The notes beneath the pieces are model-generated. The model saw nothing but the letters and a program-made list of their open reading frames with translations, was not told the origin of the DNA and searched no databases. The position numbers and the translations under genes were made by a program. 64,000 bases of DNA, taken from contig CAVWQZ010000011.1 of assembly GCA_963757295.1 (NCBI GenBank), forward strand, positions 36,899 to 100,898. The letters run 5' to 3'. Positions 10,481-24,522 of the stretch are shown one piece after another. Positions within the stretch are counted from its first letter, which is position 1. Every line of letters begins with the position of its first letter. Origin of the DNA: an uncultured Actinomycetota bacterium. Lineage in GTDB: Bacteria > Actinomycetota > Actinomycetes > JACCUZ01.

Positions 10481-11758
10481 GCCCGACGTTCCGCTCGCTG
10501 CGCATCCGCAACTACCGCCTCTACGCCACCGGTGCGCTGATCTCCAACATCGGCACCTGGATGCAGCGCATCGCCCAGGACTGGCTGGTCCTCGAGCTCA
10601 CCGACAACAACGGCATCGCGCTCGGCATCACCACCGGCCTGCAGTTCCTGCCGATGCTGCTCGTCGGTCCCTGGGCCGGCTCGCTCGCCGACCGCTACTC
10701 CAAGCGCCAGCTGCTGATCCTCACGCAGGCCTTCATGGGGGTCGTCGGCGCCTTCCTCGGCCTGCTGGTCATCACCGACATCGTGAAGGTGTGGCACGTC
10801 TTCGTGCTCGCCGGCCTGCTCGGCATCGGTGCCGCCGTCGACGCTCCGGCCCGGCAGTCGTTCGTCATCGAGATGGTCGGTGCCGACGACGTGTCCAACG
10901 CGGTCGGGCTCAACAGCGCGTCGTTCAACCTCGGCCGCGTCATCGGCCCGGCGCTGGCCGGCTTCCTGATCGTGCTGTTCGGCACCGGCCCGGTCTTCCT
11001 CATCAACGCGGCGTCCTACATCGCGGTGATCCTCGCGCTGCGCGCGATGCGGGTCGCCGACCTGCAGTCCGCGCCCCGGATGGAGCGCGGGAAGGGGCAG
11101 GTGCGCGAAGGCATCCGCTACGTCCGGCGCCGACCCGACCTGATGCTCGTCATGGTGATCATCTTCTTCGTCGGGACGTTCGGGCTGAACTTCCAGATGA
11201 CCTCCGCCCTGATGGCGACCGAGGTCTTCGGCAAGGGCGCCGCCGAGTACGGCCTGCTCGGCTCGGTGCTGGCGATCGGCTCGCTGTCCGGCGCGCTGCT
11301 GGCCGCACGCCGTGGTCGTCCGCGGCTCCGGCTCGTCGTCCTGTCCGCCGTGGCGTTCGGCATGGTGGAGATCGTGGCCGGGCTGATGCCGACGTACATC
11401 TCGTTCATCGCGCTTGCTCATCCCGATCGGGCTGTGCCAGATGACGCTGCTCAACGCCGCGAACGCCACCGTGCAGCTCGGGGTCGACCCGATCATGCGG
11501 GGCCGGGTGATGGCGCTCTACATGGCGGTGCTGATGGGTGGCACGCCGTTCGGGGCGCCGCTGGTCGGCTTCGTCGCCGAGACGTTCGGCCCACGGTGGA
11601 GCCTCATCGCCGGCGGCCTGATCTCGGCCGGGGCGGCGATCATCGCGGCCCTGCTGCTCGCCCGCCGCGAGGGCCTCCAGGTGCGCGGCGAGCTGATCCA
11701 CCTGCCGCGGCACCGGGTCCGCGCGGAGGCGCTCGCCGACCGGGCCCAGCAGGCCTGA
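10477..11758 (+). CDS. MFS transporter (frameshift ~11415)
   Basis: FRSLRIRNYRL, GTWMQRIAQDWLV and MRGRVMALY motifs. Confidence 0.9.
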
Positions 11759-11804
11759 CCGCAACACCCTGGCGGCCCGAGGTCCCGGCCGCCAGGATGG
11801 GCCC

Positions 11805-12540
11805 ATGAAGCCCGACGCCTTCCTCGAGCACCTGCGCGCCGACGCCGACCGGATGGCCGACCTGGCCGGTCGCGACCTGGACGCCGAGGTGCCGCCGTGT
11901 CCCGGCTGGGACGTCCGCGAGGTGATGACGCACACCGGCGCCGTCTACTCCCACAAGGTCGCCTGCATGCGCAAGGGCGCGCGACCCGAGGACGACGACT
12001 GGCTGCGTGAGCCGGCTGACGGCGAGGACCTCGTCAGCTGGTTCCGCACCCGCCTCGAGGAGCTCGTGACCGAGCTGGAGGAGCGCGGCCCGGACGCGCC
12101 TGCCTTCACGTGGTACGAGCCGCAGCAGAACGTCGAGTTCTGGTATCGCCGGATGGCGCAGGAGACCGTCGTGCACCGGGTCGATGTGGAGAGCGCGTTC
12201 GACCAGGTGACCCACGTCGACGACGAGCTGGCCGTCGACGGCATCGACGAGGTGCTCGACTGGTTCCTCGCCTACCAGGCCGACGACGTGGGTCCGGACG
12301 GCCCGGGGCGCGGCACCGTCGCCGTCCGCACCGGTGACCACATCTGGCGGGTCCACCTCCTCCCCGACGATGTCGAGCTGTCCCGCGAGCCCGGCGCGTG
12401 CGACGCGGTGGTCAGCGGCGAGCCGTCGGAGCTGCTGCTCTGGCTGTGGGGCCGTCGGCCCGACTCCGCCGTGAGCCGCGAGGGTGACGAGGACGTGCTG
12501 GCCGGACTGCGCGAGCGGTTGCGCATCGTCACCGCAGTGA
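11805..12540 (+). CDS. Mycothiol-dependent maleylpyruvate isomerase family (DinB-like) protein; end approximate
   Basis: VPPCPGWDVRE, RRMAQETVVHRVD and LLLWLWGR motifs. Confidence 0.85.
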
Positions 12541-12573
12541 CCCAGCGCGACGTCGGTCGACCAGGACGGGCCG

Positions 12574-13684
12574 ATGACGTCGTACGACGTGATCGTCGCC
12601 GGGCTCGGCGGGTTCGGCAGTGCCGCCGCCGCGCACCTCGCCGCCCGGGGCCAGCGCGTGCTCGGCCTGGACCAGTACCCGCCGGCGCACGCGAACGGCG
12701 CCAGCCACGGCGAGACCCGCATCGTGCGGCAGGCCTACTTCGAGGGCACCGGCTACGTGCCGCTGCTCCGGCGGGCCTACGAGCTGTGGGACGAGCTGGG
12801 CGCGGACGGCGAGCCGTTGCTCACGCGAACGGGCGGGGTCTTCCTCGGGCGGCCCGGCAGCCGCGTCTTCGACGGCAGCCTCGCGTCGGCCCAGCGGTGG
12901 GAGCTGGAGCACGAGGTGCTCGACCCGGCCGAGGTGACCCGGCGCTTCCCGGCGATGCGGCCGCCGGACGGAACGGCAGCACTCTTCGAGCCCGCGGCCG
13001 GGTTCGTCTCGCCGGAGCGGGCCGTCCTGGCGCATCTCGCCGTCGCTGCTCGACACGGTGCCGAGCTGCGCCACGACGAGCCGGTCGAGTCGTGGTCCGC
13101 GACCGCCGGCGGGGTGCAGGTGCGGACCGGCCCGCGGTACCGCCGAGGCCGGTCACCTGGTGCTGGCGCCGGGCCGGTGGGCGGTGGAGCTGTTGGCCGA
13201 CCTCGCTCTGCCGCTGCGGGTGGAGCGCCGGGTGATGCACTGGTTCGACCCGCCGGGCGGCGTCGACGCCTTCCGGCCCGGGCGCTTCCCGGTGTGGATC
13301 TGGGACCGCGACGACGGCACCGCGCCGTACGGCGTGCCGGCCGTGGGCGCTGCTGACGGCGGGGTCAAGACGTCGGTGCACTACTCACCGGACCGGCCAG
13401 CAGCGGACTGGACCCCGGCCGAGGTGGCGGCGATGCTCGCGCCCCTGCTGCCCGGGTTGGGCGACCGCCACCTGCGCGCTGTCGACTGCACCTACACCCT
13501 CACGCCCGACGAGGACTTCGTCGTCGGCCGCCATCCCGGTCACGACAACGTGCTGGTCGCCTGCGGATTCTCCGGGCACGGCTTCAAGTTCACCCCCGTC
13601 CTCGGCGAGGTGCTCGCCCAGCTCGTCGTCGACGGGTCGTCGCCGCTCTCGCTCGAGCAGTTCGACCCGCTGCGGTTCGGGTGA
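12574..13684 (+). CDS. solA: N-methyl-L-tryptophan/sarcosine oxidase (frameshift ~13135)
   Basis: GLGGFG, SHGETRIVRQAYFE, CTYTLTPDEDF and SGHGFKF motifs. Confidence 0.85.
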
Positions 13685-14214
13685 GGCTCTTCGTCGCACT
13701 GGCGCCGCCGGAGGACGTCCTGGCCGATGTCGCCGCCGCACTCGGGCCGGCTCGCACGCTGCAGCCCGACCTGCGGTGGATCCCGGTCGAGCGCTGGCAC
13801 CTGACCCTCGCGTTCTACGGCGAGGTGCCCGACGAGTCGCTGGCCGGCGTCATCGAGATGGTGGAGCGGAAGCTGTCGCGTCGCCCACTGCCCGGGCCGG
13901 TCGAGCTGTCCTTCTCGGGGAGCGGTCAGTTCTCGCGGCGCGCGCTGTGGGTCGGGGTCCACGGGGACCTGGACCGGTTGCGCGCGCTGGCGAAGTCGGT
14001 CAACACCGACCGGCGGCCCTACCGCCCGCACCTCACGGTGGCCCGGCTGCGCGGCGGCCAGGACGCGACCCGCGCGGCCGAGGTGCTGTCGTCGTACGCC
14101 GGTCCGGTGTGGCGCGCCGACGAGGTCCATCTGGTGCGGTCGTTCCTGGGACCTCGCCCGAGGTACGAGACCGTGAGCAGCTGGCCGGTCACCGGCCCGG
14201 CGCCGGAGAGCTAG
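13681..14214 (+). CDS. thpR: RNA 2',3'-cyclic phosphodiesterase
   Basis: MRLFVAL start and two HxT motifs (HLTL, HLTV). Confidence 0.9.
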   Translation: MRLFVALAPPEDVLADVAAALGPARTLQPDLRWIPVERWHLTLAFYGEVPDESLAGVIEMVERKLSRRPLPGPVELSFSGSGQFSRRALWVGVHGDLDRLRALAKSVNTDRRPYRPHLTVARLRGGQDATRAAEVLSSYAGPVWRADEVHLVRSFLGPRPRYETVSSWPVTGPAPES

Positions 14215-14559
14215 GGTCGCGGCCGTGGACCCCCGAACGCGCCGCGCGGTCGTGCTGGTGGCGCTGGTCGCGCTGGTGCTCGTCGTCGTGATCGGCGCCC
14301 TCGCCTACCCACCCCGCCACGATCATGCAACGTGGCAAAGTACGGCGACACACGCTGCGGGTGCTTCGGCGTCGGAGCATGTTGATCTACGGTGAGAACG
14401 ATCACCCACCGCCACCTTCAGGAGTTCGCTGTGGACCGTCTCGCCGTGCAAAGGCTCCTGTCCGGTCGCTCTGCCATCTCCAAGCGGCAGGAGGCCAACA
14501 ACCTGGCCCGCATCTGGTCGCGCCCCCGTCCGTTCGGCCGGCACGCGCGCTCCGCCTGA

Positions 14560-14784
14560 CCTCCGACCCGCGTCTACGACCCCGTCAAGCTGACCACCGC
14601 TGCAGGTGTCGTTTCTGAGCCGACCTTCAGCGAGCCCGCCGATGTCGGGGACTTCTATCGCTGGGACGGAACCCAGTACCACTACAACTGGAAGACGGAC
14701 AAGGCGATGGCGGGCATGGTCTACCGACTCACTGTGAGGTTGGAAGACGGAACCAGTCACTACGTCGACATCGCACTGCGCTAG
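14560..14784 (+). pseudogene. PxKF-like C-terminal domain remnant
   Basis: Reads ...YRWDGTQYHYNWKTDKAMAGMVYRLTVRLEDGTSHYVDIALR*; upstream in-frame stop and no clear start. Confidence 0.55.
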
Positions 14785-14845
14785 CTGTGTTCGCGGGAGG
14801 TCAGCCCCGGGGTGGGTGGGCTGGCCTCCCGGCCGTATCCCGCCG

Positions 14846-15821
14846 CTACCAGGCGTAGGCCTCGGGGGCGGCGCCGCCGGGGCCGGGGAAGATCTCGTCC
14901 AGCTGGGCGAGCACGTCCTTGGTCAGCCGGACCTTCAGGGCCCGCATCGACCCCTCCAGCTGCTCCATCGTGCGCGGCCCGATGATCGGCGCGGTCACCG
15001 CCGGCTGCGCGAGCAGCCAGGCGAGCCCCACGTCGGCGGGCTGCTCGCCGAGCTCGTCGCAGAGGTCCTCGTAGGCCTTGATGGCCTTGCGGTTCTCCTT
15101 CAGCGTGTCCTTCGCGCGACCCGTCGAGCCGGCGCTTGCCCTGCTCGGTCTTGCGGATGATGCCGCCGAGCAGGCCGCCCTGCAGCGGCGACCACGGGAT
15201 GACGCCGAGGCCGTAGTCCTGACAGGCGGGCAGCACCTCGAGCTCGACGTCGCGCACGAGCAGGTTGTAGATGGACTGCTCGCTGACCAGGCCGGTCGAG
15301 TGCCGCCGCCGGGCCGCCTCCATGCCCTTCGCGATGTGCCAGCCCGCGTGGTTGGACGAGCCGACGTAGAGCACCTTGCCCTGCTGACGCAGGATGTCGA
15401 ACGCCTCCCAGATCTCGTCCCACGGAGTGCGCCGGTCGACGTGGTGCATCTGGTAGAGGTCGAGGTAGTCGGTCTGCAGCCGGCGCAGCGACCCTTCGCA
15501 GGCGAGCCGGATGTTGCGCGCGGACAGGAACGTGTCGTTGGGCCAGTCGCTCATCGAGCCGTAGAGCTTGGTCGCGATGACGGTCTTCTCCCGACGGCCA
15601 CCGCCCTGCGCGAACCACCGACCGACGATCTGCTCGGTGACGCCCTCGCCCTTCTTCCAGCCATAGACGTTGGCGGTGTCGAAGAAGTTGATGCCGAGGT
15701 CGAGAGCCCGGTCCATGATCGCGTGCGAGTCCTCCTCGGAGGTCTCGGGCCCGAAGTTCATGGTGCCGAGGCAGAGCCGGCTGACGGAGAGGCCGCTGCG
15801 GCCGAGGTGGGTGTAGTCCAT
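14846..15821 (-). CDS. Aldo/keto reductase (frameshift ~15115)
   Basis: LCLGTMNFG, FFDTANVYG and DLYQMHH motifs. Confidence 0.92.
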
Positions 15822-15871
15822 GCGCTGAGCCTCCCCCACAAACCTGCCTGCGCAACATCTAGGCTCCAGCG

Positions 15872-17108
15872 GTGACGTCTCCGCCCCGCGACCGGTCGGC
15901 CTCGCCTCGCGATCTGCGCAACGCCGCGGTTGCCACCGGGGTCGTGTTCGGGGTGAGTGGTGCGGTCTTCGCGACGTGGGTCTCGCGGCTGCCGGCGGTC
16001 CGGGACCGCCTCGACGCCGGGACGGCTGAGCTCGGGCTGGCGCTTCTCTGCATCGGCCTCGGCTCGCTGTTCACGATGCCGTTCACGGGCAAGCTGTGCG
16101 CGCGGTTCGGCAGTCGCAGCATCGTGCTGGCCACCGCGCTGCCGTGCTGCGCGATGTTGGCCCTGCTGGCGCACGTCCCTTCTGTTGTCCTGCTGGCCGT
16201 CGCGCTGTTCCTGTGGGGCGCGTTCTACGGAGCGTGGGACGTCGCGATGAACGTGCACGGCAGCGCCGTCGAGCTCCGGGCCGGGCGCGCCTGGATGCCG
16301 CGCTACCACGCCGCCTGGAGCATCGGCGGCATCACCGGCGCCGGCATCGGCGTGCTGGCCGCCGGGATCTCCATCCCCGTCGACGTGCACTTCGGTGGGA
16401 TGGCGGCCCTGCTCGCGATCACCGTGCTGGTAGCCAGTCGCAGGTTCGTCCCCGACCGCGTCGCTTGACGACCGGAAGAGCCGTGATCCCGGGGCGAGCA
16501 AGGCTCCCCGAGACCGGCTTCTCACGAAGTCATTGGTGGCCGTGGGCCTGCTCACCGCGTGCGCCACCTGCATCGAGGGAGCTGCAGCCGACTGGATCGC
16601 GCTCTATCTGACCGACGACCGCGGAGCCGAACCGTCAGCGGCATCCGGCGGCTATGCCGTCTTCGCCGTCGCCATGGCGGCAAGCCGCCTCGTGGGCACC
16701 AACGTGATCGAGCGCTTCGGCCGGGCAAGGGCGGTGCGCGGCGCAGGGATGCTGACCTTTGCGGGCATCGTCATCACCCTGGCTGCGCCCGGGATTGTGG
16801 GCTCGTACGTCGGGGTGCTGCTCTGGGGGGCGGGGGTCGCCGTGGTGTTCCCGGCGGCGATGAGCCGGGGTGGTGAGACCCCCGGGCGGCCAGCGGATGC
16901 CATCGCGGCCGTATCGACAATTGGCTACGGCGGCTTCCTGCTCGGCCCACCGATGGTCGGCATCCTGGCCGACCACATCGGTCTCGGCGCTGCGCTCTAC
17001 TCGCTGCTTGGCCTCGCTGCGGGCATCATCGGACTGAGCGCAGCTGCCGCGCCCCGACGAAGCAACGTGGCGGCGACGGTGGGTCCCCCGGCCGATAGGG
17101 CAGGCTGA
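15872..17108 (+). CDS. MFS transporter (split ~16465-16535)
   Basis: TWVSRLPAV, DVAMN, EGAAADW and GYGGFLLGPP motifs. Confidence 0.85.
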
Positions 17109-17112
17109 GTGC

Positions 17113-18323
17113 ATGCCCGACGACCTGGGCGACGCCCTCGCGGCGCTGCGCCCCCTGCTGCTCGACGAGAAGGCACTCGTCCGGGCCGTGGCGGCCGGGC
17201 GCCGGCGCAACGAGCGGCCCCGGTGGGAGCGCGTGGAGCTGCGTCCCGTCGACCTGAAATCGGGTCGCCGGCTGCAGATCGTGACCTCCGGCAGCGGCGC
17301 TCCGGTCACCCGCAACGAGGACTACGGCCCCGCCGCCGACCAGGCGGTTGACGAGCTGCTGGCCGACTCGTTCGGGAACTGGCACGTCCAGACGACCACC
17401 GAGACCCTGCAGCTGCGGGTCACCAAGAAGGGCGCGGCACAGCTGCACCGGGCGCCGAACGTCGACTCCCAGCACACCGGGCACGACCGCGACAAGCCGC
17501 ACCTCATCGACCCCGGCGACCCGCTGTTCACCGTGCTCGGTGCCGGTGCGAGCAAGCGGCGCCAGGTCGATGCGTTCCTTCGCGTGCTTGCGGCTGCGGT
17601 GGACGACGCGGGCCTGCCGACCGACCGTCCGCTGTGTGTCGTCGACCTCGGGTGCGGCAACGCCTACCTGACCTTCGCGGCCTACCGCTACCTCAGCGAG
17701 CGAGGTGACGTCGAGCTCGTCGGGGTCGACCTGCGCGAGGAGGCGCGGGATCGCAACACGGCCATCGCCGCGGACCTCGGCTGGTCCGACCACGTGCGCT
17801 TCGAGGCGGCTCGATCCTGGACACCACCTCCAGCCCGCTTATGTCCGAGACGATCCGCAGAGGTACCCGCACGGTTCTTCGGACCGGGGGAACGGGGGTG
17901 GACGTCGTACTGGCGTTGCATGCGTGCGACACCGCGACCGACGACGCGCTGGCGCAGGCGGTCCGCTGGGAGGCGCCTCTGGTGCTCGCCGCGCCGTGCT
18001 GCCATCACGACCTGCAGCGCCAGCTGAGGTCCACGCCGCCGCCCGCGCCCTACGGCCTGCTCACGCAGCACCCGATCCTTCGCGAGCGCTTCGGCGACGC
18101 GCTCACCGACGCGTTTCGTGCGGCGCTTCTCCGCCGCGTGGGCTACCGCGCCGACGTCATCCAGTTCGTGGACGCGGAGTACACCCCGCGCAACACGATG
18201 ATCCGGGCGGTACGCCGAGCGGCGCCGCCCGATCGCGATGCCGGCGACGAGTACGACGAGATGGTGCGTGCCTGGGGGGTCACGCCCTATCTGCAGACCC
18301 TGCTCGTCGATGCCGACGGCTAG
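17113..18323 (+). CDS. Class I SAM-dependent methyltransferase (frameshifts ~17810-17900)
   Basis: VDLGCGNAYLTF, ALHACDTATD, APCCH and TPRN motifs. Confidence 0.85.
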
Positions 18324-19289
18324 CGTCGCTGCCGCGCTGATCTCGCTCGCGGTGGCCACCGGCGCTGCCCCCGGCCCGACGGTGCTGTTCCGGCTGCAGG
18401 ACCCCGCCCTGCGAGGAGTCCAGCGGCCTGGCCGTCTCGCAGCTGCACGACGGCGTGGTGTGGTCACACCCGGACGGCGGGGACGTGGCCGAGGTGATGG
18501 CGGTCGACGGTCGCGGCAGGACGGTCGCCACGGTGCGGCTGCGCGGCGTGGACCCCTACGACCCCGAGGCGCTCGCACCCGGGAGCACGCCCGACGGGCG
18601 ACCGGCCCTGTTCCTCGGCGACATCGGCGACAACCGGGCTCGCCGCCCGGACATCTCGGTGTTCCGGTTCGCCGAGCCGCGACGGCTGGCCGACCAGACC
18701 GTCGCACGGACGTGGTGGCAGCTCGCCTACCCGGACGGGCCCAAGGACGCGGAGGCCCTGCTCGTCGACCCGCGCGACGGCCGCATCTGGATCGCCACGA
18801 AGGACGTGTTCGGCGGCGGTCTCTACCGGGCCCCGCGCCGGCTGCGGACCGATCGCGTCAACACGCTCGAACGCATCGGTGACGTGCCCGGCCTGGTCAC
18901 CGACGGCGCGTTCCTGCCGGACGGGCGGTTCGTGCTGCGCTCCTACACGATGGCCTACCTGTACGACGGGCCGAACCGGCTCAGCGCTCGCTCGGCTGCT
19001 GCCTGACCAACCGCAGGGCGAGTCGCTGGCCGTCGACGGCGACCGGTTGCTGGTCGGCAGTGAGGGCAGGAAGTCCGCGGTCTACTCCGTGCCGCTGCCG
19101 GGCGGCGACCCGAGCCCGGAGGCATCGGCCTCGGCGTCGGGAAGCGCCTCGGCTCCCGCAGCGGAGACGGGAAACCGCGCCCGCCCCGACAGCGGTGTCT
19201 CGTGGGCGGCGGTGGGGCTGAGCCTGCTGGGGGCGGCCGTCGTGGCGGCCGCACTGGCGCTGACTGCTCCGCCGCCGGGGCCGACCTAG
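18310..19289 (+). CDS. Secreted, membrane-anchored beta-propeller-like hypothetical protein (frameshifts)
   Basis: Signal peptide; GDIGDN, YPDGPKDAEALL and QGES motifs; C-terminal TM. Confidence 0.7.
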
Positions 19290-20462
19290 GCGCTGACCGC
19301 AGGGCTGGCCGGTGCGGCGAAGCGGCTCCGCCCGCCGATCCGCACGCCGATCGCGGCGAGCGCCAGCAGCGCGGGTACGACGAGGAACGCCTTGTGCAGC
19401 CCGATCTGGTCGGCCAGCGCGCCCAGCGCGAACGGGCCGACCCCGATGGCGAGGGCCACCGCCAGCGACGCGCGCGCCGAGGCCAGGTCGGGCCGCCCCT
19501 CGGCGGCGTCGATCGCTCGCGCGATCCCGAGCGGGTAGTGCAGGGCGACACCCAGACCGCAGATCATCAGCCCGGCGATCGCGAGCGGGGCCCAGGTGCT
19601 CGCCCAGAACACGGCGAAGCCCGCGGCGGCCACCGCGAGCGCCGCGTAGAGCATCGGGTCCACGCCGAACCGCAGCGCGAGCCGGCCACCGACCAGCCGG
19701 CCGACGAACATGCCGGCCACCAGGCCGGTGAGTGCTGCGGACGCGGCGCCCGGCCCGAGCCCGTCGCGGCTGCGCAGGATGTCAGCGGCCCACAGCGTCA
19801 GGCAGAACTCACAGGCGATGCAGGCGGCCAGCACGCCCCACCCGATCCAGTAGCGGGTGGGCAGCCGGGTCGACCCGTCGTGGTGCTGGGGCACCTCGCG
19901 CGGGGCCGGGATGTGGGTGCGGCCGAGCGCCACGACCAGCGCGGCGACGAGCACGAGGACGAAGAGCAGGCCCGCCCGCCAACCGAGGCCGGTGAGCACC
20001 GCGAGGCCGACGAGCAGCGGCGCGACGATCCCGGCGGCTGCTGCGGTGGCGTTCGCCTCACTGATCGCGGCCGGGCCGCCCGCGCCGTGGTGCTCCATCA
20101 GGGTGGGTGCGACAGCAGTGACGGTGAAGGACCCACCGAGCGAGCCGAGGAAGGCGCCGGTCAGCGTCAGCGGCCAGGGCGGTCGTCGAGACGTAGGCGA
20201 CGGCGCCGAGGCAGACGATCGCCAGGCCACCCCACAGCGCCGTGGCCCGCCCCCATCGCCGCACGATGGCCGCCGTCGTCGTACCCGCGACCAGCGCGCC
20301 GACGGCAAGGGCGGTGCCGTGCAGACCCGACAGGGTGCGGCTGATGTCCTGCTCCTCGCGCAGCAGCGGGACGGTGGGCCCGAAGCCGTAGAGGAAGTAG
20401 CCGTAGACGCCGAGCTGCAGGTAGACGAGCCAGGTCAGGCGGTCGCGGCGAAGCTGGGCCAC
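19286..20462 (-). CDS. MFS transporter (frameshift ~20175)
   Basis: About 12 TM segments across two frames. Confidence 0.8.
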
Positions 20463-20463
20463 C

Positions 20464-22698
<2,235 letters not shown>

Positions 22699-22877
22699 TG
22701 GCGCGGACTCCTTCGTGCGGACATGCGACGAGCTGGATCGTGGGGACCGGGCCCATTCTCCCCCGGCTGCGCGGCCGTTGTCGCATCGGGCGTGCCAGAG
22801 TGCCGGTGTGGATGGTGGTGCAGCTGGCGATGTGGATACCCGAGGATCTCCCCGGGCCGCGCCCGGACCCGGCAGCG

Positions 22878-23501
22878 ATGCGCAAGGTCTACGCGCTCGG
22901 CGGTCTGCACGAGGCAGATGTCGCGGCCGACCCGGTCGAGCAGTTCCGGCGGTGGTTCGACGACGCGGTGGCCGCCGGCTTGCCGGAGCCCAACGCGATG
23001 GTCCTCGCCACCAGCTCGCCGGACGGGGTGCCGTCGGCGCGGACGGTGCTGCTCAAGGGCAGCGACGGCGACGGGTTCGTCTTCTTCACCAACCGCGGCT
23101 CGGCCAAGGGGCGCGACCTGGCGGCCAACCCGCGCGCGGCGCTGGTCTTCCCGTGGCACCCGCTCGAGCGGCAGGTCCGGGTCACCGGCGAGGTGCGGCC
23201 GGTCGACGACGACGAGGCGGCGCGCTACTTCGCGACCCGGCCCCGGGAGTCGCAGCTGGGCGCCTGGGCCAGCGACCAGTCGGCGGTGATCGACGGACGC
23301 GAGGTTCTCGAGGACCGGTTCGCCGTGGCAGAGCAGCGGTGGCCGGAGGGTACGGCGGTGCCGCCGCCCCCGTCGTGGGGTGGCTACCGGGTGGTGCCCG
23401 ATGAGGTGGAGTTCTGGCAGGGCCGGGCCGGACGCATGCACGACCGGCTGCGCTACCGCCGTACCGGCGACGGCTGGGCGCTGGAGCGGCTCGCCCCTTG
23501 T
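22878..23501 (+). CDS. pdxH: Pyridoxamine 5'-phosphate oxidase; expected stop after ERLAP is missing and the ORF runs on to 23648
   Basis: EPNAMVLAT, RTVLLK, EFWQGR...HDR and ERLAP motifs. Confidence 0.92.
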
Positions 23502-23584
23502 CGAGCAGCCCCTATCCAGGATTGGATAGCCTCGAGCGTCGCTGCCGACCGCTTCAGCATCCGATCCTGTGAATGGGTCCGGAC

Positions 23585-23760
23585 AGCAGCGACCCGCGGG
23601 CCAAGTGCGCGGAGGGGACATGTCCTCTGCGGCCCGCGGGTCGGGTGACTGCCATAATTTCGCCGGCCACGACGGCCGGTGAACCGGAGTCGGCGGCTAG
23701 CTGGCAGCCACCTCACGTGTCCTAGATGTACTCAAAGTCTTGGACCACCTCCCTTCCGTG
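23585..23760 (-). ncRNA. Candidate structured small RNA with extended anti-16S element and 12-aa ORF (23697-23735, MSTSRTREVAAS)
   Basis: Own promoter; GGAAGGGAGGTGGTCCA; 11-bp stem; 13-bp terminal hairpin. Confidence 0.6.
23590..23643. terminator. Strong hairpin between pdxH and the candidate sRNA
   Basis: CGACCCGCGGGCC / GGCCCGCGGGTCG perfect 13-bp arms. Confidence 0.75.
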
Positions 23761-23766
23761 TACTCA

Positions 23767-23795
23767 ACGGTACGGCGCGGAGCCGTCCCGCACAA
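23767..23795 (-). promoter_or_regulatory. Housekeeping sigma-type promoter
   Basis: Minus strand TTGTGC-N17-TACCGT. Confidence 0.6.
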
Positions 23796-23835
23796 CGACA
23801 ATTGGCGGGCGCCGCCGATCGGCGCGACCCGCCGG

Positions 23836-24456
23836 TCAGGTCAGGACCGACGCGGCGACCCGCAGGTCGGCCACCAGCCCGGCGTACGCCGCGTCCCGGT
23901 CGTCGGCCCGCAGCACCGCCGACGGGTGGATCGTCACGAGGAACTGGCGCGGTCCCAGGCTGGTCTCCCGCTCCATCAGTGCGCCGCGGTCCTTCGTGAC
24001 CCGGATCGCGGAGCCGAGCAGCGCCTTCGTGGCGGTGGCGCCGAGGCAGACGATGACGTCCGGGTCCACGAGCCGCAGCTCCTCGACGAGCCACGGCCGG
24101 CAGGCCGTGATGTGCCGCATGTCCGGCGTCTGATGGATGCGCCGCTTGCCGGGTCCGGCCTGGGTGAACCGGAAGTGCTTGACCGCGTTGGTGCGATAGG
24201 TGACGGCGCGATCGATGCCGGCCTCGTCGATGGCCTTCACGAGCAGCCGGCCGGCCGGACCGACGAACGGCTGACCCTGGCGGTCCTCCTGGTCGCCCGG
24301 CTGCTCGCCGACCAGGACCACCCGCGCTGTCGTCGGCCCCGCGGAGAACACCGTCTGCGTCGCGTTCTCCCAGAGCTCGCAGCCCCGGCAGCCTTGGGCC
24401 GCCTCCCGCAGCTGGGTGATGCCCGCGCCCTCGGGGACGAAGTCCGCTGCGCTCAC
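23836..24456 (-). CDS. udgX: UdgX family uracil-DNA binding protein
   Basis: CRGC, GEQPG, KRRIH loop and HPSA motifs. Confidence 0.9.
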   Translation of the reverse strand: MSAADFVPEGAGITQLREAAQGCRGCELWENATQTVFSAGPTTARVVLVGEQPGDQEDRQGQPFVGPAGRLLVKAIDEAGIDRAVTYRTNAVKHFRFTQAGPGKRRIHQTPDMRHITACRPWLVEELRLVDPDVIVCLGATATKALLGSAIRVTKDRGALMERETSLGPRQFLVTIHPSAVLRADDRDAAYAGLVADLRVAASVLT

Positions 24457-24522
24457 AGGCCTTGGGTGCCCGGCCGACCCGCTGTGAAAACGGGCCTGGC
24501 GCCGGTGCGCGACAATGCGGGG

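Noticed and set aside
23501-23648. C-terminal extension of PdxH
   Set aside because: The family normally ends at ERLAP, and the extension runs through hairpins; the stop codon was probably lost to a sequencing error or local mutation.
23836-24456. UdgX as a phage or defence marker
   Set aside because: It is a known family with no phage genes or radical-SAM partner nearby; ordinary chromosomal context.
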